Positions 63,671 through 64,000 of a stretch of DNA of 64,000 nucleotides are shown piece after piece; the first letter of the stretch is position 1, and each line of letters starts with the position of its first letter. A model generated the notes under the pieces. The model was not told the DNA's origin, made no database searches, and worked only from the letters and a program-made list of their open reading frames with translations. The stretch is from Macrostomum lignano (taxonomy: Eukaryota): positions 1-64,000 of the forward strand of contig NIVC01000480.1 in NCBI GenBank assembly GCA_002269645.1, written 5' to 3'. The translations under genes were made by a program, and so were the position numbers.

Positions 63671-64000
63671 GAATGTCTAGTCTCACTCGCTAGCTTCGGG
63701 CTTCAGAATTTGCTTGTCACGTATATTTGGGAGGCGCAGCTTTCTTTTACTTGTGTTTCTAGTTCAAAGCGGGGGGTTTCAAATTTTTCCTATTCATCAT
63801 TTTGGCAGCAGTCAATATTATCGATTAGTTTTTAAACTGAAGGGGCTGAAAAAGTGGGTTTGAAAACTATTGCCGACAAGGTGAAGTGAGGGTGAGTTAC
63901 TATCCATGTGAGGATATCGACTTTTGAAAACACGAACAACATGCAGTATTACAGAGATGCTTTTGAGTACATCTTTGAAGCCTCAGGTTCTAATCGTGAA

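Overview
This is eukaryotic (invertebrate animal) genomic DNA, not prokaryotic. Spliceosomal GT-AG introns, metazoan gene families and extreme tandem-repeat density suggest a lophotrochozoan such as a Macrostomum-like flatworm; the taxon is an inference only. Manual exon chaining supports seven genes: a 7-repeat protocadherin (-) with a 1-bp frameshift, a single-pass LRR protein (-), a small orphan membrane ORF (+), a 15-coding-exon PLC-delta-like phospholipase C (-) with a candidate hydrophobic N-terminal exon, an odd-skipped-family zinc-finger gene (+), a Sex-lethal-like two-RRM gene (+), and the 3' end of a receptor-type PTP with a dead D2 domain (-). About 40 distinct micro/minisatellite arrays fill most introns and spacers, and most long ORFs in the supplied track are artefacts of these arrays. 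Mobile elements include four hAT-type MITEs with 8-bp target-site duplications, a foldback element, two tRNA-derived SINEs and a LINE endonuclease remnant. The strongest unexplained signals are: MITEs that appear to seed intronic satellites, identical satellites placed as inverted pairs around genes or exon blocks, and a possibly membrane-anchored PLC. Array boundaries are approximate and all gene models need RNA confirmation.
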